A stretch of 61,049 nucleotides of DNA, the filler included, from Hausera hauseri (Eukaryota), in NCBI GenBank assembly GCA_046269625.1. It is 11 parts of 11 records of this genome, joined end to end, with 100 filler letters (N's around TTAATTAATTAA, not from the genome) between each part and the next. Parts side by side here need not be neighbours in the genome. Positions count along the whole stretch, not along the records: positions 46,891 to 50,997 come from JBJURY010758430.1; positions 51,098 to 55,846 come from JBJURY010450801.1; positions 55,947 to 61,049 come from JBJURY010334715.1; 8 more parts are not named here. One strand, given 5' to 3'. Both the position numbers and the translations under genes were made by a program. Shown piece after piece: positions 49,095 to 61,049 of the stretch. Each line of letters starts with the position of its first letter. The first letter of the stretch is position 1. The notes below the pieces were generated by a model. That model was not told where the DNA came from, made no database searches, and worked only from the letters and a program-made list of their open reading frames with translations.

Positions 49095-50328
49095 ATGGCA
49101 TCTGAAAAATCTTAATTGTGTATATTCGCCAAAGCCACAATACAAGTTGTTATTGACAGTGCGGCATTTAAAGAAGTCTACCTCATTGATTCTGTTTCAA
49201 CGGACTATAACATTGACATCCAATTCAAAATTATGGTATCGGACAATGAATACCTGTATTTCAACGATATGCTACTCTATGCAAAAATTATTGTTAAAAA
49301 GAATGCATTAACGGTTCTCAATAAAATAGACACTGACACACCGGCCAATTACATTTTCTTCACACTGTTCCAGGAGGCTTCACAGACTCTAAACAGCGCC
49401 AAAATCGAAGGAAACACCAGTCTATACAGTATCAAAGCACTCATTGAAATGGCTCTGAATTACAATACTGACACAAAAACGACTCCTTTGACAAAAACCA
49501 TCGGATATGATGACAATGCAGCAAACCATGAGGCATGGGTGGCAAAATCAAGAGCGCTTACAATGTGTGGATCGCTGTACTTTGACTTTTCGATCAGCCG
49601 AAATACCTGCTGCCCGGTATTAAAGCCATGATTCGGCTCAAACGCAGCTACAATGCCTTTTGTTTGAAAACCACAGTTGCTAATCCCAAACTCATACTGG
49701 AAATTACCGAAGCACGATTATACGTACATCGTGTAATTGTAGAACCATCTGTGCTTATGGGACATCTTTTGGGCTTGGAAACACAAAATGCTTGTTACCC
49801 ATTACAACGCACAGAACTCGTGTTTTACACCATACCCAAAGGTTTGACAACATTTCACAAGGACGCTCTGTTTGGCAACATGAAATTGCCGAAATTTGCA
49901 CTCGTTACACTTCGACGACTACTCAATAAACGGGCCTTCATACCACCGATTCGGAAACGCTTACCCATAGCAAAGTGAATTACATCAGTTTGGGTAAAAA
50001 TGCGGATTTCGTTCAGACATACAAGCAGGATTTCGAGAACGGCGATTAGGTTTGCACATATATGCAATCTATCGTGCGCAACATGGGTTTGCTGAACAAA
50101 AATGTCAACAATGGTAGATCGATGGATTTGTTCAAGTCCACCTATACATTCCCTACCTTTGTCCTGGCTCGAGATTATGACGTTGAACAGACTTAACTAC
50201 CTCATCAGGGAAACCTACGACTGGAGGTTCACTCTGCTAAATTGTTGAAACAGTCTACTGTGATGTACATTTACGGTGTATTTGATACCGAGGTTGAAAT
50301 AACGAAAAACGGAAAAGTCATTGTATAA
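49095..50328 (+). pseudogene. Polinton/Adintovirus major capsid (double jelly-roll, hexon-like), disrupted
   Basis: KS*LCIF...IQ..ID; LYAKI; NYIFFTLF; Y.IKALIE..LNY; IRLKRS...FCL; A.LYV.RV; A.YP; GNLRLEV. Confidence 0.88.
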
Positions 50329-51859
50329 ATTAAACCTTCTTCTTCTTCTTCCGCTTTGTACCATGAAGTAATTTATTACCATCATTACTATTGTGATTAA
50401 ATCACGTTTTACGTTTAACTCAACTGAACTAAGTCACTATGGAAAACTGCTCTTGGATGTGAAATTCCGCGATGTGTTTCAAGTGCACTGTGTGCCGCGT
50501 GACTTGTGATTGCGGAGGTTTCGTCGTCAATACACACAGTTCATCGTTACCGGGCGAATATTGAATTGCAGCGTACGAACATCGAACCGTCGTCAAGGTG
50601 TTTGATCCGCTTGGGTTTTATTACCCGTTATCGTTACTTTCTCAAATTGATAGACAATCATATCACCGTGTTGAATATAATCGACTTCATTATCAACATC
50701 TACTTACCGTATTGTGTGAACATTACTGCCCATTGTGGCATATATTACATACATTATTGTGAACGTATTCCGCTTTTTTGAATGGACAAACAGACAGATT
50801 GTCTTTGTGATTTTGAAATATACAACTTGTTATATTGCTGTTGTGGTTGCTATGTCACATTTGGTGGTGGTACTCATTATTAGTTTGTAGGCAGAGCACC
50901 ACCACCTCGTGAGTAGTAGTACTCAATTATGAGCCCGTCGTAGTTTGTGCGTTCGGTTTTAAGCGTAGCCGTCGTCGTATAAAATAAAATTCACGATNNN
51001 NNNNNNNNNNNNNNNNNNNNNNNNNNNNNNNNNNNNNNNNNTTAATTAATTAANNNNNNNNNNNNNNNNNNNNNNNNNNNNNNNNNNNNNNNNNNNNTTT
51101 TGGTCAATATCCCTGCACCCCGAGAGAAAAATGATTTTTTAGCTGTATTCAACCAAAATCCAACATAAGCCATCTAGTTGGTTGGAATAGCGAAATTACT
51201 CATTATCGTCGTAAGAGTACCTTTTTCACTTTTTACTTCGAGCAATTTTACGATGAGTTTGAAATTCTATGCATTACAGATTACCGCATAATGTTACAAA
51301 GGGCAATAGTTGAAAAATAGCACGATCAATAATTGTAATAAAGATATGTAAATATGTTGATATTAAAATATGAAGAATAAGATCATCAGAAAGGAATTTA
51401 CAAAAACAGTTATTTATTGACCTAGATATTATAGTTTGCAAATAATTCTATATAATTATGTATTTAACCCGAAAATCAATGTTTACGAATGGAATTACGC
51501 TTACAGTTTATTCGAAAAAACTAGCAAAATCTGTCAGTGAATTGCCATTAATTGATAGAAATTATTATCTAATTCTGAAAATTTCTAATGAACATAAAAA
51601 TCGAAAGAAAGGCTTGCATCGATCAGAATATATGAACGATTGAATGTGGATGAAGTAGGAGAGTGTTGTGAAGTAGAAAACTTGATCATATGAAAACGTG
51701 ACTCCAGGTCCGAAGCACTATTACAATGGAGATTGAAAGCGAATTCGATACAAATTCCAGTTCTTTCTTCAAATTGAAAATCTTTCTGACGCTGTACGTC
51801 AGTAATTGTTGTGGTTAATATATTTTGTTATTTAAACTGAGTTTTTCATTGACCATTAA

Positions 51860-52076
51860 CCCTTTGCACTCCGTAGGCGCCGCTATTGCGCCATATGCTT
51901 TCATTGCACTAACTCTGTCGGCGCCGCTATTGCGCCAGTTGCTTTCAGTGCATTTAGAAAAGCCAGTGTAGTTTGCGTTCAATGACTAGCAGAAGTTCAT
52001 TTTTCAGATGCTCCAACGCAAAAATGTCACGGAGTTGCCGCACTCTTGAGTAAAAAAACACTCGGAGTGCAAAGGG
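51860..52076. mobile_element. Non-autonomous piggyBac-type MITE, 217 bp
   Basis: Perfect 14-bp TIR CCCTTTGCACTCCG; TTAA TSDs at 51856-51859 and 52077-52080; internal GGCGCCGCTATTGCGCCA twice. Confidence 0.93.
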
Positions 52077-52447
52077 TTAAGTCAGTCATATCTTTTTGAA
52101 TTTTCAACGCCATATAAAAATTATAAGAATTTGGAATTAGCTCTGAACAGTTCAAAAATATTGATTTGATTTCATTTGCTGAAAGCAAAATGGACTTTTT
52201 AAATAGTTTATAAAAACTCTTTGGAATTTCTGCAAATCATCATAATAAACTTTTTCATTTCGATTAATTCTGGATTATAAAACTGACGACGTTTGTCGTC
52301 TTTCGTAAGAATTGCATTAAACGACATTTTCCATCAGTATACTAGGAAACAGGTCTTCTGGAAACATTGTGAAATGACTTTGATATCCTGCGCGGAAAAT
52401 TGTGAAATGGCTTTCAGTGCTTTCGCATCACCAGAATTATCGAACTG

Positions 52448-52795
52448 TTACCGCCGGATACAATTAACTGGGAATAAATCTTCTTGTCCCGTGTTTACAT
52501 ATCGACCCAAACACCATTCGGGTTCGTTTTTGTCGAAAGAAAGTGTTATGTAATTCTTTTCGAATATTAGTTCATCAATGTTCTGGGCTGTATAATTATA
52601 CATCGTTATCAGATATTCTCCCGGTAGAGAGTCGTTAAGTTCTTTGATGCCCTGTATTGGGTATTCATTGGAAGTTATTGGAGTCGGAGTGGTATAGGAT
52701 GCTTTATCGTTGTATGTTGCATTAGAATTAATCGGCGAAATTGCAGGAAATTCTTTTATCGTTGTACGTAAGGGCTGAACTGTATCATTATCCAT
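52448..52795 (-). pseudogene. C-terminal SH3 domain gene fragment
   Basis: MYNYTAQNIDEL.F....I....EPEWC.G....G.FP.N. Confidence 0.8.
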
Positions 52796-53372
52796 GTCTT
52801 TAACGTTCGACGGTGGATGCTTAAATCTTGCTTTTTTTCAGTAATATCCCGTTCAAGCTTGGGATCCGTTATATGTAAAAGGAAATTCTGGGCTTCCAAG
52901 TATGGGTTATCTGCACTAAAAATCTCTAATTCCATCGAGTGTCCTCAAAAACTGCACAGGTAGATGAAAGAAAAATGATAATGTTTTATCTATGGGACTC
53001 AGAGATAAACCGTCCGACCACCGGAAATGGATGATGATCTATGTTAATGCACTGCCGTTGTTGAGAAAAAACAGCGTGTATGGAAAATGATGGTGGGTCC
53101 AGAAACGACAGCTTCTGGCATCCCACTTCTGACACCAGTGTGAAAATCTGAAAGGTCACGAGTAAAATCTTTTTATCCGAATTATTGGCAACGGGTGACT
53201 GATAAATGGTAGTCGAATGTAACTAAATAATCCATCACGAATTTAATTAAAAATATATCGAAAATGGCATGTATCATATGACTTTTGAAAACTCAAACGT
53301 TGGTCATCTGATAACATTGTCCACCCAGAAAAACGCAAATATTTAAACAACAAGAAATTGAAATTTTTGTTT

Positions 53373-53395
53373 GGTAGACCAATGTGGGCACCACA
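53373..53395 (-). repeat. Truncated LTR start cap (TGTGGTGCCCACATTGGTCTA)
   Basis: Matches the starts at 11537 and 33446 and the CACATTGGCCTA core at ~57555. Confidence 0.55.
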
Positions 53396-53501
53396 GTCTT
53401 GTAAATGTCTGTAGTGTTTATGTGTGATATTTTGATTGTGTACACGTGTTTATTATTTAGAAAAAAGGAAATATGGGGTCAGTGTGTAGTCAGGGATGTG
53501 T

Positions 53502-53630
53502 TGTGAGGTTTCCGCGAACAATGCCGCCTGACCCACTAGCATAGGGTTAGCGACCGGGAGTCCAATCACGCCACAGCGGAGTCGAGTCTCCGGGTTGATC
53601 GAATTCTCATCGAAGGATCCGACCGGGGAA
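53502..53630 (-). repeat. GC-rich LTR end cap (...CCTCACA), followed by the family leader (53400-53501)
   Basis: Aligns with 24065-24130 (TGTGAGGT..GCGAA..GCCG.CTGACC..GCAT.GG). Confidence 0.75.
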
Positions 53631-55477
53631 GAAAGAGCAATTTTACCCTTTTCCTTTTTTACGTTTGATATAGTATCTTTGACTTTTGATATGACCGTCC
53701 ATTGTAAAAACTAGAGTACTGCTATCAGTTGATGTGGTGGTATCTTTGAGGTGTCTTGAAATGGCATCATTAAAGCAACAAAATACGTTTGTTAATTGAT
53801 AATGTGGATAAAATAATTGTAAGTTTGCGTTAGCTTCCTGTTTAATGTTCTCATTGTTAAGCGTTTGAAAATGTTATGATTTCTTAATTAACATAGTCTG
53901 TGTTTCAGTTAGTACTTGTAGTATATTGGAGTCAGTAAGCAAGTTTCTTCCAATGAAATTTATAACGTATTTTGATTTAGTGTTGTACGAAAATATCTGA
54001 AAATAACTGTTAGCAGACAAAGTAAACGTCTTTTTCTTAAAGAGATAAGTGAGTTTTGGTACCGGGTATGTGTTGATTTCATCAAAAAATATTAATGTTT
54101 TTATAAACGTCGACGCGTGTTAGCTGGACATTTACCGTTTTGTCCATATACAATTTCCCCATAAAATCAGTAATCTTTATTCCAGGACTTGTTAGAAAAC
54201 GTCTAACAGTATAGAAAGCATATGGTTTACATACAGCACTTTTAGAGCCATTTAAAATTGTTTTTGGTGTTGATCTTTGACTTATTATCAATACATTACT
54301 TAAAAATATTGTCGTTTTTCGCAATAATTTCTTGGACAATTAATTTGAAATGGCCAGTCAGTCAGTAAATACAACTACATTTTGTGCTTCGGGTGGGAAA
54401 CCTCATAGTGTGAAGGTGCTACAAAACAGATTTTTAAGCTAAAACCATCAATCACTGTTTTATGTACAAATCCACGTTTCTCCTGACAGACAAGTTTGGA
54501 GTCACCTTTCAACTGTGACCTGACAGACAAGCTTGGTGTCTGACCTTTCAGCTGTGAAACAAGAGTGAGGAGGGTTTGAATAAAGTTACCTTACACCCCC
54601 CATCCCCCACCATCCCCACTCCAATTTTGCATACAGTCCCTGGATCAGTTATGTCCCCACTTATTTTTTGTCCCCCTTTCCCCCCAGGTTTATTGACATT
54701 AAAATTATTTTTTTACTATCATGTAATGGTCTGTCATCCATCTCCATTTACTGCAAACAATATCAAGCAAGAAGCGCACAGCAATGGTTTTAGTGGTCCA
54801 TCCAGGCTCAAAAATGGGTACCGGAGAAATTCTATGGGGCGTAATGAACAGATCAGCATTTAACATTTACGCGCAATTAAAACTCCTTTCCTGTGGCGTT
54901 GGACAGTTAAATTTGTGTTGCTTGTGTGTACATGTACACACATGAATGTGTGTTTGTGCACTATTTTGTTACAGAATGCTTGTCCCCTGAAAACTAGTCA
55001 GATTACCCCCGTAAACGTCCTGGATAAAATAGTCACTTTTGGTTTGAAACACCAGCGTGATAACGTATTTTCACAAAAATATTTAAATGAAAACAAGGCC
55101 TTAGTCCCATAGTAGGTAGGCTGAACATACAGTACTATTGGAAATTATCATATAAATGGAAGTCCTGTGCAAATGTTTTGCATGTTCAAAATCTCTTAGC
55201 AGCTGGAAATTGAAAAGGAGCAGTTTGAAAAAAAACTGCCTATGCAAAATTTCAGCTATGAAATTCCTATGCAAAATTTCAGCTACGAAATTCGTATTTC
55301 ATGCTTGCCGGTGCTACTTAATGCATAAACAGTGTCGAGAACCTTGTGATTAGTAACATTTAACAAAACACTCACAAAATTGATCCTGTGTGCAGTGATG
55401 ATGATCCAACATAACTGTATCAATAAAAGTTCCATTTTCAAAAAGGACTTGCTCAGATCTCATCCTCTGAATTTCCC

Positions 55478-55846
55478 TCAGTATCCAACGACTAACAATT
55501 CCAGATGCCTGGTGTATTTTATGTATTCCTCATGCCGTATGGTGTCATGCTTGATGCAGAGTTCTCTCATCCTGTCCATGTGGCTACTTTCATTGATTTT
55601 GGCCCTTAGCTTCTTAATTGCATTAAAGATGTCTGTCACAGCTGCAGATCCTGCCAGCTTGTCTACTTTCTCGCTGCCACTAACCCCTTCGTGGCCAGGC
55701 ACAAAGATGAAAACAGCTTTCTAAATATGACCGCTGTATAGACTTGAGTCACTGCTGTCTTATCAATTCGGTTTAAGTTTTCTTATTCATAGAATCACTC
55801 ATAGACTTAATAAAAACATGGAGAAATGGCAATGAAACAACATAAA
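55478..55846 (-). mobile_element. Non-LTR retrotransposon RNase H remnant
   Basis: FVPGHEGVSGSEKVDKLA (consensus W(V/I)P(G/S)H.G..GNE.AD.LA). Confidence 0.7.
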
Positions 55847-57489
55847 NNNNNNNNNNNNNNNNNNNNNNNNNNNNNNNNNNNNNNNNNNNNTTAATTAATT
55901 AANNNNNNNNNNNNNNNNNNNNNNNNNNNNNNNNNNNNNNNNNNNNGCTCAAAATTTTCACTTATCGTATGTACCTATATTGACACTTATCTTTTTACCG
56001 AGGCTTCGAATAAATTGTCAAGAATTCTATTTCAGTATATCCAAAAATGTATTCATGAGAAAGTTAACTAAATGGTACCCAACATTTGTTAGATCTGCGA
56101 TCGCTGCCACTAACAACTTTTTACCAGATGGTCAAATGTTATTGAACTATATCGCCGTGAATTTTAAACAAGCATATAACACGCGGCAAGACCACAGTTT
56201 TGGTTTTATCGTATGCAACCGATATAGATTCAGTCTTAGTACATCACCAATTCACATATTTCTGAAATTGAAGTTCGTTGTTAAAAAGTTCTCCATCCTC
56301 ATTTGATTGCTTAAAAACTATTTCAGTTTAGGCAATGGTGAGTTTTAAGGCAAAATCGATGTTCGACAATATTTAAAAAAGAACTGCATATTAAACACTA
56401 CCGGAAATTAGACCAGTAATTTTAATTCCAATGACGAAAAAATTTTACAAATATATGCCATTTTTTGGGGGTGACGAGTAATTATAAATATGAACATTCA
56501 TAGTAAATAAGAGCGTCGAGAGGGATTTGCACTGTCACTTTCACCCAACATTGTTTTGTCTTCATTATATGTAATTTGTTATATATATGTATATATGTAG
56601 TGATAAAAGTAAAACAATAATTGAATAATTGTTTTGTATGGTTTCAGAATACTTTTGTCATTTTGTTGAAATAAACATTATATAGCGTTAACTCTTGATT
56701 ACATGTTTTAAATACGAGGATTTTATTTTGGTAACCTCAGAATTCCTTTTTGGTTTCCGTTTAACAAATTTTGGGATGCTGTATATTGTTGATCCATTCT
56801 GGTGCAGAAAAAGTCGAGGAAATTTAATTCCATGAACCTAAAACTACACATGTGTCTAGCAAGAACTGAATTTTTTGTATATTTCAGAGGCATAATTATT
56901 AAACTGGTCGTCAGTAGAGAATTCGGTAAGATGTAAAAGGAATAAAAACTGCCAATGAAACATTATTCCTGATGTGATGTATGAATTTTGAAAACTTCAC
57001 AAATGTACTGAACATGAACAATCATTGATAGAGCACGGATAAAAATGAACAACCAGCTGCACAGGAATTTTGATATTTGACTTTAAATAGAATTCCAAAC
57101 CACATACTTAGAGGTGCTGAAGCAGATGTGCAAAATAATTTTCATTTTCTGCTTATAAATAAAACTTGTTTTAAAGTGCACCAATTGGTTGATGGAGAAT
57201 GGACCCTGATGAATTTCACTGGTTCCTCAGATTGGTAATTTTGATAATTTTGACTGCAAAACATTCTTCGTTATTGACTTGATCTTGCGATAATTTAGCA
57301 TCATCAGTTACTCTAGATAGAGTGAATCGGAGACGAATTCTAATTAATTTTAATCCTGTAGTGATTTGAAAATCCATAAAGGTAAATTTTTATTTAGTTT
57401 TGAGGTGGTTCTAAATAAAATGATCTTGTTAAATTGTCTATTGTGACCGAATGCCACTGACTGCAGCAAAGCCTTCCGAAAGAGAAAAC

Positions 57490-57700
57490 AAGTTCCAGAA
57501 AGCGGTGCAACCAAGGCGAAGCAAACGCACCCAATTGTGCCCGGCCGAAATAGGCCAATGTGCCTCAATGCACGAATGTACCACCTTACTTCTCCTTGTG
57601 GAAAGGTAAAAACCGTAAAGAAATAAAACAAAAACGTCTCAAAAGAAAAGTGTATGTTTTTAGTCTGTTTTAGTTTGGACAAGACGTTGAATATCTGATG
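57490..57700 (-). repeat. 3' end of the CsRn1-like family: U-rich tract, PPT (AAGGAGAAG) and LTR start cap from 57588
   Basis: CATTGGCCTATTTCGGCCGGGCAC core shared with 11435-11537 and 33339-33446. Confidence 0.65.
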
Positions 57701-58247
57701 ATTTTTCCTTGCCATACATACTGAATGTTTTATTTATGTGCCTTGTGTTTGATTGCAGAATTGTACATGTATGCTTAAGTAAAACTTAAGAAAAAAATAA
57801 TAATGTAATCAATATCAATGCAGATCATTTAGATTTAAGACTTTTCCACACAAACTCTCAGGTCTCTAAGCCTTAAACACTGACCGCTGGGTTCCGTGGT
57901 TTCCGGTTTTGTGGTGTCCGGACGTGTTTTGCGAAGCTCTTAAAAACTTGTGTTTATATCTAGTAATTTCTAATGGATTTACAAGGAATCGTACACCTAT
58001 ACTTTTTTATCATATTTATTACAAAGTGCTGCATTGTTTTATAAATATTTGTGAGTTTCAAGATGTCTTTTGATCAAAAGGAATCGGTAAAGTATTAACA
58101 TTGTAATTATCGATATTGTGATTGTGAACATTCCGATCGTCCCACGTGGTGAGTCTCAATTTTACCTGGGCCTCAAGTCTAACAAAGAGACGCTGTCCAT
58201 ATGGGCCACGTAATTGATCGTAGTCCATCCTCAAAAGACATGTAAAC

Positions 58248-59546
58248 ATGTCTTGTTTGGAGGAAGGCGTCACGAATGAGGTGTCAGTCTATACAAGGGA
58301 CAGTCGGCTGCGTCCTACTTCTCTGAAAGACTATTCACTTAACAAAGAAAAAGCAGTCCGAAAAAAACTGAAAGCATGTAACCACTCTCTTGGCTTTACG
58401 CTAAGACGATCAAGTCAGGGGAAGAGCACAACAATTAGCTTTTCTAACACTGTCGAGTACGAAATTTTTCGTACTCAACTAATCCAACATTGCAATGGAA
58501 AAATAGACTCAAGGCTTGACAAATTGGGGGCACATGTGGAGGATGTGGTCATTACTCAAGGAGTAACGATTCACCTATACCACACCAAAAATAAAATTCT
58601 AGTTCAAGGAACTGCGGTTAATGTTGAAGCTTGGCTAGAAACCACATTTAGTAAACTACATGTTTCATCACTGAACGAAATCAAGAGCAATAACTCGATA
58701 ACAGATAACCTAAGTCTGGGCTCACATATTCGTCAAAGTGCAATCGATGTAGTCGCAACCAATAACGATAACGATCTATTTCAAAACGAAATGGCAGTAG
58801 CAGCCAACACCATCAACCAAACATCCAATAACAATGCCGACTACGACCCAAACCCTGTAAATCTCACAGTGGAAATATCCTTACCCAAATATCCCAGCAT
58901 AATTGAATGTGACCTAACGTCTGCAGCTATAAGCTCACCAGCAAGCCTTGGCAATTTCCTGATCGATGCCCTGCTTCATAAACCCATGTTGACGATTGAA
59001 CGTTCCAGAAAGAAAGACACATCCAATGAAACTGATGATCTCACGAGCTTCCCTCCACTGCTGTCACAAACGTCTCGTTGCTGCCAGAAATCACTAAGCA
59101 CCATGGAGTATATCCTGAAGGATGCAATCGATAAAGCTGAAGACAGAATTAAGAGATCTGTAAGTTCAGAAATGGAAAGCTTGAAAAACGAGATTCTGAG
59201 TTTAAAAGCAGAGAACCAGAAAATGAAAAAGGCACTGACCCACCTACAGAACGCATCTGAAACAACCAAAATACCTCCACCAGAAAATTCCACAGCAACA
59301 AAACCTGAAAGCAAAGATGTGAGAGATAAGAAGCAGCAAAATCAGCCTGAAAGGCAAATTAACAAGCAGCAAAGTCAGCCCGAGCAACGCACCACCGAGC
59401 AGGCAAAAGGCACATCACAGCCAATTGAGGTGAAAATCAGCAATAGGTTTGAAGCGCTGCAAAACGATTGTCAACCAACAGGCCGCTCAGTTGCAGAGCC
59501 GAAGCCAAAGGTAAACAAACGTGCTTCTTTATCATTCTTTTGCTGA
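58248..59546 (+). CDS. Probable LINE (CR1/L2-like) ORF1, 3' truncated
   Basis: 432-aa open frame with TIHLYHT.NKILVQG domain, coiled coil and ISNRFEAL motif; LINE-like 5' UTR at ~57860-57960. Confidence 0.6.
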   Translation: MSCLEEGVTNEVSVYTRDSRLRPTSLKDYSLNKEKAVRKKLKACNHSLGFTLRRSSQGKSTTISFSNTVEYEIFRTQLIQHCNGKIDSRLDKLGAHVEDVVITQGVTIHLYHTKNKILVQGTAVNVEAWLETTFSKLHVSSLNEIKSNNSITDNLSLGSHIRQSAIDVVATNNDNDLFQNEMAVAANTINQTSNNNADYDPNPVNLTVEISLPKYPSIIECDLTSAAISSPASLGNFLIDALLHKPMLTIERSRKKDTSNETDDLTSFPPLLSQTSRCCQKSLSTMEYILKDAIDKAEDRIKRSVSSEMESLKNEILSLKAENQKMKKALTHLQNASETTKIPPPENSTATKPESKDVRDKKQQNQPERQINKQQSQPEQRTTEQAKGTSQPIEVKISNRFEALQNDCQPTGRSVAEPKPKVNKRASLSFFC

Positions 59547-59579
59547 TTAGTTAGGGGCTCTGGTGTGTTGAATGTTGTG

Positions 59580-60110
59580 TCTTTGTAGTAGTGGATATCT
59601 TCTTTTTGATGAAGTCAACACCTTGGTGACGTAATTTCTTTTTTCTTTAGTTATGTATAGTAAGGGACTGTGGTGGTGACGTGTCTTTGTATCGGTAGTG
59701 TGTTTGGTGTCGTGTTTAGGGGTATAGAAGAGGGATATTTTCTGGTATGAGGGTGTTTCTTAAGGTTGTTGGTGTGGTTTAAGTCGTGTTTAGGGCCGTG
59801 TAAGTGGGTATTTTCTGTTACAGTCACGTTGCTCTAGGATGCGAGCGTGATTTAGGTCGTGTTCAGGGACACAGAAGCGGGGATATTGGGGCTAAAGTCG
59901 GGTTTTGAGAGAGCAAAGTCAAGGGGGTGACTGAAATATCGGCAAAGTCAAGCGGAAAGGGTGGGTCATGTGACAGGAGAAGAGTACATCAGAAGTGGTG
60001 AGTGAACGAGCCACGTGGGTAAAGACAAGCGGAAGAAGTCGGAACAGGAAACTGGGACATGTGACGTCAGAAAATAAAGTCAAGATGGCCGCTGTACTCG
60101 AGTGGATAAC
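59580..60110. repeat. Probable Polinton terminal region with short tandem repeats and promoter-like motifs
   Basis: AGTAGT at ~59587; GTCGTGTTTAGGG-like unit three times; TGACGT(CA), CGGAAG and AAGATGGC motifs. Confidence 0.4.
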
Positions 60111-60259
60111 GTATACGTATAACAATACACACATTTTATTCACATAAGAACATAACACAGGATATATTTTATTTCAACTTTATTCGACAAAGTATACAAT
60201 ATGTTAACCTATAGGAAAACCGTTCAGATGGTAGATAAAAAACTGGTTGACGGAACGAC

Positions 60260-60736
60260 TGCCACACGGTACTTGGTATTTGGTCTATTAGTCTTTTAAT
60301 GTAAAAGTATGATAGTGAATTTCTGTGTTGCGTGTACGTGTAGACGGCTGACTTGTGTATCTTGAACCCCGTGTTTGTCCCTCCCTGTGGTTGGCGAGTC
60401 TCTAACACTGTCATGAAACTGTCTTTGTCTAATACGTTTTGTTGTTTTATCAGTCCAATTAGAATCTTTCTGTTGGTTAGAATCAATTGCTTTTTCATCT
60501 AGTTTAGACTCAGTCGAAGTAGTGGTGTTTTCCTCAGAGGGACGCTCGAGAGATGTATGCTCTTTTTTCATATGAGACGGCAATTTGTCTACTCGCCTAT
60601 ACATTTGACCACAAATTTGACACGAGTGAAGTATTTTGCCGTGTTTGGCTTCAATATGACGACGCCTAGTTGTAGCCCGTGTGAAACTTTTACCGCAGGT
60701 ATCACAGTTATACAAAGCCATCTGTGGAATATACAA
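60260..60736 (-). pseudogene. Internally deleted Polinton pPolB of another lineage: two N-terminal C2H2 zinc fingers joined to the extreme C-terminus
   Basis: CDTCGKSFTR..RRH..KH..CQICG..H..EH, then DKDSFMTVL..GTNTGFK...VYTYTQHRNSLSYFYIKR. Confidence 0.65.
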
Positions 60737-60739
60737 AAC

Positions 60740-61049
60740 ATGAACACTAAATTATTTTTTCTTAATAACTTCTTTTACAACACTAACGTTTCACTAATAC
60801 AAATACTAAACATAAATTCTTTTACAACTATACCTTTCTTAACAACTTTTCACTAACATTGGATGACTATTTGACTATAAAACGTTAACATTGTTGAATA
60901 TAAAAAAAACCATTAACACTAAACATACATTCTTAACAACTTTACACTATCATTGTTGACTATAAACATAAATTCTTTTACAACAGTATTACATTTTACT
61001 AACATTTCACTAATACAAATACTAAAGATAGATTCTTTTACAACTATAC
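60740..61049. repeat. AT-rich degenerate tandem repeats (TTCTTTTACAACTATAC / CACTAATACAAATACTAAA)
   Basis: Several units visible directly. Confidence 0.75.

Noticed and set aside
50440-50510. Possible start of the adenain-like protease after the hexon
   Set aside because: The position fits, but only a few residues resemble it and no catalytic His/Cys motifs follow.
8920-55946. Regularly spaced TTAATTAATTAA palindrome as a biological repeat, or the whole window as one giant composite element
   Set aside because: It is always centred in a 100-bp N spacer, so it is an assembly linker. Adjacency across spacers carries no information.

Overview
This is not contiguous DNA. It is about 11 short (4-6 kb) metazoan contigs joined by artificial 100-bp spacers (44 N + TTAATTAATTAA + 44 N), plus two plain N gaps. 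Almost all of it is decayed mobile DNA. (1) There are four copies of a CsRn1-like (CHCC-gag) Ty3/Gypsy family, plus several isolated ends of that family. The LTR ends are short GC-rich caps that run directly into intronless, co-oriented cellular gene fragments: PRP8 fused in frame to NAA15, an ACVR1/Sax-type TGF-beta receptor followed by pelota, and an SH3 gene. No tRNA primer-binding site follows the 5' LTR. (2) Two diverged elements carry a chuvirus/herpes-gB-like class III fusion glycoprotein UPSTREAM of the retroviral protease. One continues into Gypsy RT-RH-INT; the other has a ubiquitin-like domain and an AT-hook ahead of the glycoprotein. (3) Polinton/Adintovirus fragments are present: pPolB (two long copies and one deleted copy of another lineage), rve integrase, two minor capsids, a core protein and a major capsid. 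(4) A 701-bp LTR with PBS is nested in pPolB, and there are a piggyBac MITE and LINE remnants. The best candidates for an undescribed system are the gene-cargo-carrying LTRs and the env-before-pol Gypsy architecture. All protein calls come from motif recognition by eye, without database searches, and boundaries of decayed features are approximate.
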